DNA from: Octopus sinensis
Taxonomy: Eukaryota
Direction of reading: 5' to 3'
Length of the DNA: 64,000 bases
Assembly: GCF_006345805.1 (NCBI RefSeq)
Contig: NC_043000.1
Location: forward strand, 90,954,001 to 91,018,000
In this document: in pieces, positions 44,496-58,385 of the stretch
Position numbering within the stretch: position 1 is the stretch's first letter
How the letters are laid out: every line of letters begins with the position of its first letter
The notes under the pieces: model-generated
The model's input: the letters and a program-made list of their open reading frames with translations, nothing else
Told to the model about the DNA's origin: nothing
Databases searched by the model: none
Translations under genes and position numbers: made by a program

Positions 44496-44810
44496 TCTGT
44501 TTACTCTTTTACTTGTTTCAGTCATTTGACTGTGGCCATGCTGGAGCACCACCTTTAAGTCGAGCAAATCGACCCCAGAACTTATTCGTATGTAAGCCCA
44601 GTACTTATTCTATCGGTCTCTTTTGCCGAACCGCTAAGTTACGGAGACGTAAACACACCAGCATCGGTTGTCAAGCGATGTTGGGGGGACAAACACAGAC
44701 ACACAAGCATATACACATACACATACATATATATATACATATATACGACGGGCTTCTTTCAGTTTCTGTCAACCAAATCCACTCACAAGGCTTTGGTCGG
44801 CCCGAGGTTA
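44496..44810 (-). mobile_element. SINE family A, 5'-truncated
   Basis: Reverse complement of the family A body and tail. Confidence 0.88.
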
Positions 44811-45096
44811 TTGCCCTTTTTTACTCATATACTTATACACATTTCATAACATATCCACCGTACCCACTAAACCAATGCTATGATAACTTACAAATACTCT
44901 TACTAAAAACTTTTCTTACTTAACCTAAACACACATCGACAACCACATTGTCTGAAGCTTTGTATGCACCAGCGGCTAACGCTTTCTTACTTATCATACT
45001 TACTTATTATACACATTCCCTCATAACCCTCGTGACATGATTAACTTTCCATTAACTCAGACATACTCATACACACATACGCACATGCATACATAC

Positions 45097-45149
<53 letters not shown>

Positions 45150-45200
45150 GGTGTATCCCGCATACTTCAATTCCTCTTACAACTTATTTTACACGCACAC

Positions 45201-45232
<32 letters not shown>

Positions 45233-45823
45233 GTTAACATACTTCACCGATACTTCATATGTTCCCTTGTCAAACTTATTTGCCTTACCACTGTTCACGT
45301 TACTTTGTGCAGAGCGGCTCTATTACTTCCTGTCTGTTATACAAACATGTTACATCTACAAACCAATAGTGTTTTTCTTACCCTTTCATCTATCTTGTTA
45401 TTTTTTTCTTTCCGTATGGCTTCACAGAGATTCACTGCTCACAACGTTAACTTACCTTTCTTTACTTTGGTCCGTCGTGATAATTACATTCCATTAGAAC
45501 TCTCTTCGTTGTTTTGCGTACTTTTTGATTTCTTTTATCTGTCTTTGCTTACGTCTGGCCTAAACGCCAATTAATTACATTTGTTAATTATATACTTCTA
45601 ATACTATCACATTTTGTGGAGTATTTCTTCAGGCAAGGGAGACAGACTCATTGGAAGTTATACATATAAACGTATTACAAAGCTGTTGATAGAATAAGAT
45701 CTTTCAAATAATTCAATCTGGGGACTGTGGTGGCCAGATAAGATGTTCAACTTCACTAGAATGTTCCCCGTGCCATATAGTAACAACTTTAGCTGAGTGT
45801 ATGTGTGTGTGTTTGTGTGCATG

Positions 45824-45868
<45 letters not shown>

Positions 45869-46819
45869 CTTTTTTTTCTTTCGAAAAAGTCTTTTACTCG
45901 ATTGGTTGGAAGTGCTCAGGTTGAACCCGAGACGTTATATATAAGAAGAGACAAAAATTTAGAATATCATTTCAAAATTAATAATTTGCATCCACATAAT
46001 AAATATATAAATACATACATAGATATAACATAAATTTACAACAAGAAAAGGAACATAGTTATATATTATTTAGGAAGAAATAAGAGTTATATGAGGTAAA
46101 AATGTACATGAAAAGGGTAAGTAAATAAAGGATGATACATCGATTAAGAATCATATTAAATTTAAATTTAAGTTTAAAAGACGCTGAACTAAGAATTGAA
46201 TGTTATAAAATACATCGGGAGTACTGGTAAATCCTAATTATGGATTTAAAAGTTTAGAAGAGTTCCGAAGAAATTTTTAATAGAGGGTTATGACGTCAAT
46301 ATGAAGCAACTCCACAGCTGTTTCTGGAGTCCATTAGTCAGCAGGTATGAATCCTTTAGATTCACACTAACATATTCCCTTCACCAGGAATAAGTAAACG
46401 GATAATTAATCAAGTTTGAAGTCATGTAAGAGAAAAGAAAAGAAAGGAAATCTTTAGTTACATTACGTTAGTCGCCGGCTACCCCATCAGATACTAAGCG
46501 CGTTTACGATGATTCACGCTTATTTACAAAGGAAACCTCTAGTGAAGGATGATGGAAGAATTAACGTATATATTTATGTATGTATATACACACATTTATA
46601 TATATATTAATACTGTTATATATATATATATAAATGGAACAAAAACGAAGTAGACATTGAAACGTTTGGACAGATAGACAGCACAAAGGCGGATAAGAAG
46701 AACAGCAGTTTGTAAGATAGGCAAAAAAGACGGGTCATTCTTAGCTTTCTTCATCAGTGAAGTACCAGAAGTCACACGGGTGTATATATATATATATGAT
46801 ATATATATATATTATATAA

Positions 46820-46881
<62 letters not shown>

Positions 46882-46883
46882 TA

Positions 46884-46933
<50 letters not shown>

Positions 46934-46935
<2 letters not shown>

Positions 46936-47060
46936 CATTATTGGTGAATTGAAGAAATGGAGCTGAACGCAGATTGAACAGAATCGTTTTATTTCATTCT
47001 ACAAAACGATTTCTGTTCAATCTGCGTTCAGCTCCATTTCTTCAATTCACCAATAATGTT
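46934..47060. repeat. Near-perfect fold-back hairpin with 57/58-nt arms and a 12-nt loop, abutting (TA)n
   Basis: AACATTATTGGTGAATTGAAGAAATGGAGCTGAACGCAGATTGAACAGAATCGTTTT and its reverse complement at 47003-47060 differ by one 1-nt indel. Confidence 0.95.
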
Positions 47061-47212
47061 TTAATTTCAATTATCCGCACCAACGCACGGTTGCAACGCC
47101 AGATGGTTGTACCTCCAACCGTGCTGTTTACTGCTGTGATTTTTGCTACTAAGGTATCGGTTAAACTGTTGATTAATCTACTACAAGATTATTCATCTTT
47201 CTATTTCACATA

Positions 47213-47279
<67 letters not shown>

Positions 47280-47289
47280 ATATATATAT

Positions 47290-47320
<31 letters not shown>

Positions 47321-47365
47321 ATATATATATACATATATATTAATATATATATATATACACCCGTG

Positions 47366-47417
<52 letters not shown>

Positions 47418-47447
47418 ATATATATATAATAATATATATATATAATA

Positions 47448-47480
<33 letters not shown>

Positions 47481-47520
47481 TATATATTATATTATATATA
47501 TATATATATATATGTACACA

Positions 47521-47819
47521 TGAGGGTGTCCTGAAAAGATTCTGGCTTTGGGTAAAAGGAAATACCGAGGATATGTTAATTGTGATATTTTATTCAACAT
47601 ATTCCCCTTTTCAGATTCACACATAACTGCAGCGGTCCTTCAGTTTTTCTAAGCCCTGTAAAGTTCCTGATTTTAAGGGTATCACGAAAGGCTTGGTTGG
47701 AGCCCCAACCTTTCCACTTCTTTTTACAGGGCTTAGAAAAACTGAACTCGGAAGGCTGGGGCTTCCAACCAAGCCTTTCGTGATACCCTCAAAGTCAGGA
47801 ACTTTTCAGTACTCCCTCG
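47521..47819. mobile_element. Mariner-type MITE with an internal inverted duplication
   Basis: TIRs (T/C)GAGGGTGTCCTGAAAAGATTCTGGCTTTG and CAAAGTCAGGAACTTTTCAGTACTCCCTCG, inserted in TA-rich DNA. Confidence 0.75.
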
Positions 47820-48689
47820 TTTGTATATAATAATATGTGGGTGTATAATATACATATATTATACATCGACTGCATATATTATACATCGACTGCGTTTTCC
47901 TTTTCCTTCACAGAATTGATCTTACATTTCTTGACACAGTAACTATTTGTAAGATATTAAATTATCAACTACGTTATTGCAATTATTTTAGCACCCTTTC
48001 TAAATTCACTTTATCACTCACATTCATTTTTCTCTCTACGTGTAGATGAATGCGTGCGATTTGGTAAGACACACGAGTCTTTTTACTTGTATTTATGCCT
48101 ATATGTAACTGTATGTCTACGCGTAAGTATATGACTGCGGAGGATTGTATGCATGCGTCTATATATGCATGTGTGTATGTATATTACAGCGTGTATGTTC
48201 TGTAAGTATAAATGTTTATTAAAACAATTTAACTTGGCCTTGCATCCTGCGTTTTTCTTTGCATAATTTCTTCACAATTTCTGTGTATCTCTATTCCTTC
48301 TCCACCCAGCATCTAATTCTTGTATACATAATCATATAATATAATATAGATATAATATCTTTATAATAGTTTCCAATTTCTAAATGACTGCATCAATATT
48401 TGTTGTGCTTCACATATTCTTGTTTACAATACAAAATGTATTGTTATACTATTTTTCGAACGAAGTTAAGCCCCATATGAGGCGGCATGTGTATTCCAAG
48501 GTGTGCCACCACGTGTATGAAAGCTTTCCCCTCAAAAGTACATACGTGGCCACACACACACATTCAGGTATAAGCATACATACATGCATATAAACTTACT
48601 TACGTACACACACACATACACATGCACGTATATGTATTTGATGTATGTATGTATGTATATATATATATTTCTATATTCTTAAATATATA

Positions 48690-48728
<39 letters not shown>

Positions 48729-48795
48729 AAACTGAAACATGTGTCAGCTTTGAAGTTCATGCTGGGGCACGCCACCGCTAATGCTAATATATATA

Positions 48796-48845
<50 letters not shown>

Positions 48846-49078
48846 GAAGAAAGAGACAGAGAGAGGAAGAAAGAGACAGAGAGAGGAAGAAAGAGACAGA
48901 GAGAGGGAGAGAGAGAAATATATATATAGATAGATTGATGCACCCACACGTATGTATGCAATTTATCTTCTGCGGATGCGTTTTGGGAGTTAAATACTCG
49001 ACAAATTATTTGGTCTCAAGGAATATATATATATATATATATATATATTTAACTATATAAGAAACTATGTATATACAT

Positions 49079-49125
<47 letters not shown>

Positions 49126-49754
49126 TTATACATATATGATATATGTGTTTCTTTATGTATGTGTGCGTGCGTATACATATATGTAAATATAAATATATTT
49201 TTATATATAATGTATATTGTTTATGTTATTACATGGCACACACACACACGCACACACACATACACACACACACATACACATATATATGTGTGTACGTGTG
49301 TGTGTGTATTTGTGTGTGTTTGCGTATAAGATTTATATATATTATGTACACGTTATTGGATTTATTTACTAAATATATGCAATCTAAAAGAAATGTTGCA
49401 TTCCATTTTCCGTTATGCATTTTGTTTTATGATGACCTTCATGAGAGAGGTGCTATTTCTCGGGCCCATATGGCGTCGACCAAGTATAAAATATAATTTT
49501 TGACAAATTATTAAGAAAAGGAAAATTAATTTTCAAAGTGGTTTTATATTATGAAAGGGAGAAGAAATATATGCAGGGAGATACTCTGGAGATTATCACC
49601 TTTCTCGCGCGCAGATAATTTCTACTCGCGCGCAGATAATTTCACGACACGACACCACACACACACACACACTAAGTCGCCTTAATTTCGAAGAACGAAG
49701 ATGTGTTGTGTAGCAGCGAACCGACCAGCTGTTTCTTCATTATTACTATTAACA

Positions 49755-50460
49755 GTAGACGGCGAACTGGCAGAAACGTTAGCACGCCGGGCGAAATGCG
49801 TAGCCGTATTTCGTCTACCATTACGTTCTGAGTTCAAATTCCGCCGAGGTCGACTTTGCCTTTCATCCTTTCGGGGTCGATTAAATAAGTACCAGTTACG
49901 CACTGGGGTTGATGTAATCGACTTAACCCCTTTGTCTGTCCTTGTTGGTCCTCTCTGTGTTTAGTCTCTTGTGGGTAGTAAAGAAATAGGTATTTCGTCT
50001 GCCGCTACGTTCTGAGTTCAAATTAAGCCGAGATCGACTTTGCCTTTCATCCTTTCGGGGTCGATTAAATAAGTACCAGTTACGCACTGGGGTCGATGTA
50101 ATCGACTTAACCCCTTTGTCTGTCCTTGTTGGTCCTCTCTGTGTTAAGCCTCTTGTGGGTAGTAAAGGAATAGGTATTTCGTCTGCCGCTACGTTCTGAG
50201 TTCAAATTAAGCCGAGATCGACTTTGCCTTTCATCCTTTCGGGGTTGATTAAATAAGTACCAGTTACGCACTGAAGGTTGATGTAATCGACTTAACCCCT
50301 TTGTCTGTCCTTGTTTGTCCCCTCTATGTTTAGCCTCTTGTGGGCAATAAAGAAATAAGAATCGTTCGCACGTCGGGCAAAATGCTAAGCGGCATTTCGT
50401 CTGGCTTTATGTTCTGAGTTCAAATTCCGCCAGGTCGACTTTGCCTTTCATCCTTTCGGC
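49755..50460 (+). mobile_element. Head-to-tail tandem array of four SINE-B units
   Basis: GTATTTCGTCT recurs at 49806, 49990 and 50174 (period 184 bp); an older fourth unit starts at ~50358. Confidence 0.93.
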
Positions 50461-51699
50461 ATCAACAATCGACTAGTCCTCTCCCCGCAAATTTCAAGCC
50501 TTTTGCCTTTAATAGAAAGGATTATTACAACTAACAGCAACTACAGCAAATGAAGTTATCTTTCCACCAATCATGATGATGCTGTCATTATGAAGAACAC
50601 CATTCACATGTACACCACCTCGGTGTCCTCCCAAACACTATTATTAGTAACAATTCAAAGTTCTCGGTTATGGATACTACGGAAGCCAGAACAAGTAGAA
50701 ATAAAGTGATTGCACCCAGTATCAGTACTAGCACTATTATTAGCAACACTACCACATCCATTTCTTTGGTGTGGCCACCTACTAAAGCTATAACAGCAGT
50801 ATGAACAACAACTACGTACATCAAGAGATTCTGCAAAGCTGGGCCTTGGTTAGCACAGGATTATTTGACTCCCTTGAATATTGATTCCTAATCATTTTTG
50901 TCTCGTGGACCCTCTTGCATTCCATTTTCCGTTATGCATTTTCCAATCCAAATTACCTTTGAGCCTCGCAACCTTCACATACGCTACTATTTGTTTCGTA
51001 TATTTTCATAGAAAAACGACCATTTTACTGGTGTAAAACGAACGTGATGTTCGCCATCAGCTTGCAAAAAAAAAAAAAAACTACACCAGTGTAGAAAATA
51101 AAAAATAAAAAATGAAATATTTCATATGGTTGATAGAAATTTAAGAAGATCCAAGGTATTACGTGATAATCACAAAGAGTGTCAATTTATAAGAAAATCA
51201 TTTATTACCGAACAAAATTCTATGAAACTATTAGGATTATCACACATTAACTTTAATAAAATCTGTATTTATTAATACTTCTAACTAAAAGAAATAAAAA
51301 TTTCATAGAAATATAAAATATTTTGCAACAAAATATATTCATGTGATTGGCACTTTATTCAATTTGATCATTATGGCTGATGAAAATCTGGTGGTTTTAC
51401 AATAATTTGTTGTAGTGTTGTTGATGAAAAATGTAAGCCAATATCGTTCCTAGTAGAATATTATTTATCTTCTTGAAAATTTATTTAAAATTCGTGCATC
51501 ATTGATTAAAAAGTATTTTCTCCTTGGAATTGATTATAATCGTAAAACCAGCTAGAACAGAACGAGGTAGGTATTTCAAATAAGCTGACAATAGCCAGGC
51601 AAAGCTAGTCGGACAGTTACTCAGTCCTCTCCAGCGAGGAATCTCGCTTAGCCGCTTGCTCTATTTACATTACAAAGGTAAACATATCGTTATTAAATG

Positions 51700-51925
51700 C
51701 AACTATATAAAGGTTTCAAAATTTGCCACAAGGGCAGCAGTTTTGGGAGAGAGGCTGAGTCGATTACATCGACCCCAGTGTTCAACTGGTACATATTTTA
51801 CCGAGCCCAAAACGATGACAGGCAAAGTCAACTTCAGCGGAATTTGAACTCAGAACTTGCAGACAGGCGAAGTACAGCAAAGCATTTCCCCCGGCATGCT
51901 ACCGATTCTGGCACCTCGCCACCTT
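51700..51925 (-). mobile_element. SINE family B
   Basis: Homology to family B. Confidence 0.85.
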
Positions 51926-52257
51926 AAATGCTAAATGTATAACGTTAATTCAGGCAGGTACGAAGTGTCACGTAGTGAAAGTGCCTTTGAAAAGGGTCCC
52001 GTCCATTTCTTTTCAGGATTGTCCCTCTACATGTGCCTCGGACATACCTGTGTATGAGTGTGGGTGCGCGCGCGTATATGCATATAAAACTTACTCTTAA
52101 CAAAAGTTGGGATGCGTGGCGTTCAGTTACTCAATAAATGAATATACATACATACATACATACATGCATATACACACACACACGCACGCACACACACACA
52201 CACACACACAAACACACACACGCATATGTACTGCCAGTCCTTCCTTTACAGTATATA

Positions 52258-52700
52258 TAAACAGGGTGCGTAAAATATTTGAGGACAGATATATGTTTAT
52301 ATAAAAAAAAGATATATAACTGATAATAACTTTTTTTATCAAGAAATTCAATGAGGTAAAAATAAACATTCTTTTCTCTAATGTTATTCAGTAAAGCCAC
52401 CTTCAGCTTCAACAACTGCTTCTATATGAGGTCTAAATCATCTACATCAAGAGGTCCTGGTTCATTTTGAACATTACTCTGACAATGGCAGCTTTCAAAT
52501 AATCTTTGGTGTTATGGGCGTGTTCCTTAACCTCTCACACTCAACAAGGCTCCGCCTGTAATATGGATTGAGATTTGGGGAAATAGGAGGCCAAATGTTA
52601 GGGCTTATGCAGAAATGCCTGCTGGTGTAGTTAATGTGCAAGTGGGTGACATCTCCAGAGATACACGTACCCGAAACAGACTGTGACAAGGCTGTCTCTT
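52258..52700 (-). mobile_element. Tc1/mariner transposase C-terminal remnant with TIR
   Basis: PNIWPPISPNLNPY (52561-52603; WPPxSPDLNP motif) and IEAVVEAEGGFTE* (52385-52426); CAGGGTG TIR-like end at ~52260. Confidence 0.75.
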
Positions 52701-52849
52701 TGAAACACAGATAAAACGCATTTTTTGTAGCTGAGTGCACGGGAGTAACGTGAAATAAAGCGTCTTACTCGAGAACAAAAATCGCCGCGAAAAATAGAAC
52801 ATACAACCATAGGATTGTGTGTCAAATACCCTAAACATAAACGACGCAA

Positions 52850-52979
52850 CTTCATATATATATATATATATAATATATATATATATATGTAGCTATGTAT
52901 ATATATATATATATAATCTATATATATTATATATATATGTTATATATATATATATATGTTATATATATATGTAGCTATG

Positions 52980-53022
<43 letters not shown>

Positions 53023-53613
53023 GTATATATATGCATATACATATGTATATATATAATATGATATATCTATATCTATATCTATCTATATACATATATATAT
53101 ATAATATGATATAATATATATATAATAATATATATATATATATATATATATCCATATATTACATGTGTGTGCTTGTGTATGTTAATATATATATATATGT
53201 ATATATATAATATACGCACATGTATATATATGCATATATGAGGCGGATGCTAATACTAGCAACTGAAAGCTATTCGTTTTAATACGTGTGTGCAAGTTCT
53301 AATTTATACACATATATGATATGGAGACATGCGTGTGATGGTACTTTTAAATATAACAGTATATGTGTACTTATCTAGTGTATGTAAATACGTGCATATA
53401 TAATTGTGTATAAGTTATGTGTGAGCGTGTATGTGTGTGCCGTATGTATATATTTGTCCCTAGGCGTGAATGCTATTGAGCAGTGACACAGAAATTTCAC
53501 TTTACTTTGACTACGAACTTGAAGAGATAATGGGCATGTCTCCCTACATTTACGAGTGATTGATGGCTTCTTTGTATATATGTGTGTATACGCATAATAT
53601 GCATGTGCGTATA

Positions 53614-53664
<51 letters not shown>

Positions 53665-53678
53665 ATATATATATTATG

Positions 53679-53734
<56 letters not shown>

Positions 53735-53739
53735 ATATG

Positions 53740-53819
<80 letters not shown>

Positions 53820-54026
53820 GTATATGCATACATACATATATATATATCTGTATATATATGTATATATAGATATTATATATATATGTATATGGATATATAT
53901 ATATATACGTGTAATTGTGTGTATGCCTATACATTCTACTCATACATACAAATACACGAATACATACAAAGATAAATACATACACACACACATATATGTA
54001 TATCTCAATATACATATATACTCACT

Positions 54027-54061
<35 letters not shown>

Positions 54062-54431
54062 ATAGATATATATTGCAATAAATGTCTGTGTGTTTGTACT
54101 TCGTGCTAATTCTGCATATTACGAATCATGTCTATATATCATGTTGAATATATGTGTGAATTAAAATTTGTATATGTGTGCGTACACAGATTTGCATGTA
54201 TTTATGTGAGAGTATATGGTAATTAAAATATTCATGTTTATATATCTATGTACCGGCATGGATATTCGGATATATAAATGCATATAAACTGGTGTGCCTA
54301 TGACGTCTATCAAGACGGTTGTATATATATATATATATGTATATATATACACATATACATATACAAGCACATATATACCCATGCGTATATATATTTACAC
54401 ATTTATACACATATCTCTTTTTCTCTCGCTC

Positions 54432-54508
<77 letters not shown>

Positions 54509-54600
54509 TGTGTATATGTATATATATATATATGTTATATATACATATGTATATGTGTGTATACATATGTATATGTTTATATTTATATATATATATATAC
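52850..54600. repeat. Large (TA)n/(GA)n/(CA)n microsatellite fields
   Basis: Directly visible, with short unique spacers. Confidence 0.93.
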
Positions 54601-54664
54601 ACACAAATCAAAAGATAGATTGATAACTAGATAGCTAGATAGATACGAAGACAGACAGAGAAAG

Positions 54665-54705
<41 letters not shown>

Positions 54706-54999
54706 GTGGGAGGACAGTAAAACAAGAGAGTACAGGAGAACACCCTGAAAAGGTGAAAGCTCAAACATAGTAATTTTGTTTTCTACAAGTTATGTCCATT
54801 GATTGTAATATAGACCATTGGTAGTTAAACTTTGAATACTGAACATTATATATAATAAAAATAAGATATATACATTTAACTTATACAATACATATTTTGT
54901 CTTAAAATATCTAATGCAGCATTTATTAAAAATGGAATTATAAGCCGTTATAAAGAAGGCCACAACGTGGAATTTCCTGTTTGTATATTACAATGTTTG

Positions 55000-55750
55000 C
55001 ATATTATAATGTTTCCATATCATAATGTTCTCGTTGAAGACTGTGTCCAAGGTGCATTACTGCTTGTAATGACTTAAGCCTCGTCGTTATTACACAGAGA
55101 TATGGAGTGATGTACCAGTCACCCCTTGTACGCAATCCCCGAAATGACGGTCATGGACCAGTCAGTTTTTAATGGTTGAAAGGTTGACTCACAATGTCAG
55201 CACTCCCAAAAATAGTTTGTAAAGGACAATGAAGTCAACATCTGAATTGTTGTTGCCGGCAACGTTTATTATGTTTCTTCGCAACGACGTCTGCTCGAGG
55301 CTGGGTCTAAGCCTTCAAACCAAGACTATAGAATAGTTTTGCTAGCATTGGTCTATGTCGTGTTATATGGTGTGAGCATTGTGCTATCACCCAGGAGCGT
55401 TCATGTTAAAATGTTGTACTAAAATTCATATCAGTGGGTGGACCACACCTGCTCTTTTAGCCATAGGTATATTGTTTTTCTTGAACTTGCTCTGATCAAG
55501 TATGCCTATGATCAGCTGCATTCAAATCACGTTCAAAATATGTATTTTATGGTACAAAAATATCAATGATATTCCTTGTGTTATGACAGTATTCCGTGAG
55601 TCCATGGCGATTTGGTCTCTATTTCTAATACTTAGAGAGATCAGGTGGTTGTACACGCGTCCTTTCAGTGGCAGTTTTGTTAACTATTTGCAGAACGCTT
55701 CAACGAGAATGTCTCTAAGGCTTTTCTCGACCGGCTAAAAATACCAGCCA
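55000..55750 (-). mobile_element. Old CR1/L2-like LINE remnant
   Basis: Fragmentary minus-strand motifs LEIETKSPWTH (LEY...WSPW) and DFIVLYKLFLG; many stops and frameshifts. Confidence 0.4.
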
Positions 55751-56658
55751 AATCTCACTGAAACCATTGCCTTCTGCCTTTAAAAATGAGACGCACATTT
55801 TGAATAATGTAGTCATGAAAAAAAGACTGAATGGTCACGGTAGGAATATATTATATGTCTGCTCAATTTTGAAAGATTTGGATAGGGTTTAACAATAGTA
55901 GCAGCAATAAAGACAGCAAAAACAATAACAACTACAAAACCAGCTGCCAGAGCAACAACGCAGAAATCATTTGGAGTTAAGTTGCCTGCACTATCAAATG
56001 TTAAACACGTATCCACAGAGAAGTGAGTCATTATGCAGCCATTCTGACCGCTAGAAATAACAGCCGAAGTACCCCAAAGCATATCATTCATATTTAGAGA
56101 TAAGTGGACACAGTTAATCTGAGATATAGAAGGAGGCAAGCTTATGATGGCGCAAAATATTTTTTAATTATGGGCCTATTGGAACGGAGTTGATCTTACA
56201 TTAAACCACAACATAAACACCAATGAAACGACACGAACCAACACAATTTTCAAACAGTAACTTGTATATTATAGACTGAACCTTCTGGAAGTCTATACTA
56301 CATCCAGTATCCGTGGAAAATCCACGCATAGTTTGAAAACTGCAGATTTATAAGAAAATATACAAATATATGCTTACATACGTCTTTATCCATTATTTTA
56401 AGTAGTGCGACCCACTTGAAAAATTTTTTAGACACGGGTTTTCCAATTCCGCTTTCATTCAGTGAACACACACTCATTCCTATACTCTCGTTTGAAGTAT
56501 AACACATTTAGTTGTGCTAAATACGTTTCTCTCTGTCTGTCTGTCAGTCTCTCTCTCTGTGTCTTTTTCTTGCTTTCTCTCTCTCTCTCTGTCTCTCTCT
56601 CTTTCTCTCTCTACCACTTAAATAAACTGACTATTTCATGACATAATATAAAAAGCAA

Positions 56659-58240
56659 TCCCTTTCTTCTGGCTCTCCTTGTTGATACTTCTCTCTTTCG
56701 TTTCGCCTGTCCCATCAACTACCCATATGACAGCATCATCCATTCCACCACGAAGTTTTTGGATATAGATTAAATACATCTAATATAGATGAAACTATAA
56801 ACAATTAATTACTTACGACCAGCTTTCGGTCAGAAAGCAATCAGATTGTGCTGCCCATGTAACCTCATATTATCAACTCCGACTTTTTGAACACTATTAA
56901 CATACAATAAATATATATTCAAAGTAGCATTGGGGCTTTCGAAGTCCGCTAATTTTATAATTTATTATATCCTTCAAAGTCAATCCTGTATAGAATAGCT
57001 GACATCGCTAGTGTTCTGGAAATTATTCTCAGTATTTATGAGCACTGGATAGCATAAAATGCTGTGTTCTACCTAATTACAAAATAATGTTCTTTCGACA
57101 GAACTGAATTGAAATGATCTGAAATGGTTGTCTAATATGATCTGAAATGGTCGTCTAATATTGTCTAATAATATTAGACATTTACCATTTTCTTTATAAA
57201 ATGTGTAATAGCAGCACATGTAAAAACGGAGCAGATTAAAACACACGCCTTGCATTTCTATTCACATTTCATCATCTTATTTTCCAAATCGATTGCTTGT
57301 TGATCTTAAATTTTTAAACATAACAAAATGGAGTTGCTATTTACAATTGCATGGGCAATAGCAGTTAGTCAAGGTATTTCTCCTCACTGTGTGGCTCCTT
57401 AATGCACGTGTATTTAATAAGTAGTAAGTTCCTTTCGGGTACTTCCTATCAGGCATATTGTTGAGCTTCCGACTGCACTTTAATTTATCGACCCTGAAAG
57501 GTGAAGCAGATAACAGATTTGAACCCAGAATGTATACAAATGTAACGAAACACATTAAGACATCTTGTTCGACGCTCTGACCTGACAACTCCGCAATTAG
57601 CAAATTAGATTTATTCAATAATACTTTACGTGTTCCAAGTCCTCGCGTTGTTGTGTTTTCTCTTTGTTCATGTTTGGATTAACTAAATATATATATATTG
57701 CTTGACAAGCGTCGCTGATTTGTTTATGTCCATATCACCTAGCAGTTTGGCACAAGTCATCAATTGAGTAAATACCAGACATGAAAAAAGAAAAGAAAGA
57801 AAAATTAAGTATAAATGTCAAGTTGCTCAACTTAACCCTTCAATGTGGTTCTGCTGCATAATCGCAGTCTAATGACTTTAAAAAAAGAAGAAGTAGAAGA
57901 TAAGCCAATAAACTGAAGCCTTATCGGGGTCATTTTTTTGCTAAAAATAGCAGCCAAATTATCCTCAAATCGCACATTACATGTTGGTCTTAAATTTTGG
58001 GAGTGCTCAACTGGTACATATTTTAGTTTACGATATAACATACAACAATCTCTTTCTCCTAGCTCTCACTGCTGACACTCTTCTCTCTCATTTCACCTGT
58101 CCCCTCAACTACCCATATGACAGCATTACACATATAGCCCAAAAAGTTTTCGGAGATAGATTAAATAAATCTGAGATGCAACCGTATACAGTTAAATATT
58201 CACGACCAGCTTTCGGTCAGAAGAAAATCAGATAGTGCTC
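56659..58240. repeat. Diverged ~200-bp direct duplication (56659-56855 and 58047-58240)
   Basis: Shared blocks TCAACTACCCATATGACAGCAT, ATAGATTAAATA and ACGACCAGCTTTCGGTCAGAA. Confidence 0.85.
57832..57985 (+). mobile_element. Possible piggyBac-type MITE end (TTAA-CCC), related to fragments at 12520, 12922 and ~56030
   Basis: TTAACCCTT start and a shared CCAxAT(A)TC.CTCAAATC motif across the copies. Confidence 0.35.
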
Positions 58241-58244
58241 CCTC

Positions 58245-58385
58245 AAGTAGTACATATTTTATCGACCCCGAAAAGATGGAAGACAAAGTCGACCTCGGCA
58301 AAATTTGAACATGAGAACGTACAGACGTGCGAAATTCCGCTAAGAAATTTGTCTGCGTACTTACGATCTGCGAGTTCGTCGCCTC
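58245..58385 (-). mobile_element. SINE family B
   Basis: Homology to family B. Confidence 0.8.

Noticed and set aside
49755-50460. Regularly spaced repeats as a possible CRISPR array
   Set aside because: The units are contiguous 184-bp SINE copies with no unique spacers.
50540-50860. Thr/Ser-rich and hydrophobic ORFs (also 59940-60200)
   Set aside because: Derived from decayed CAA/CAG/ACT low-complexity sequence.
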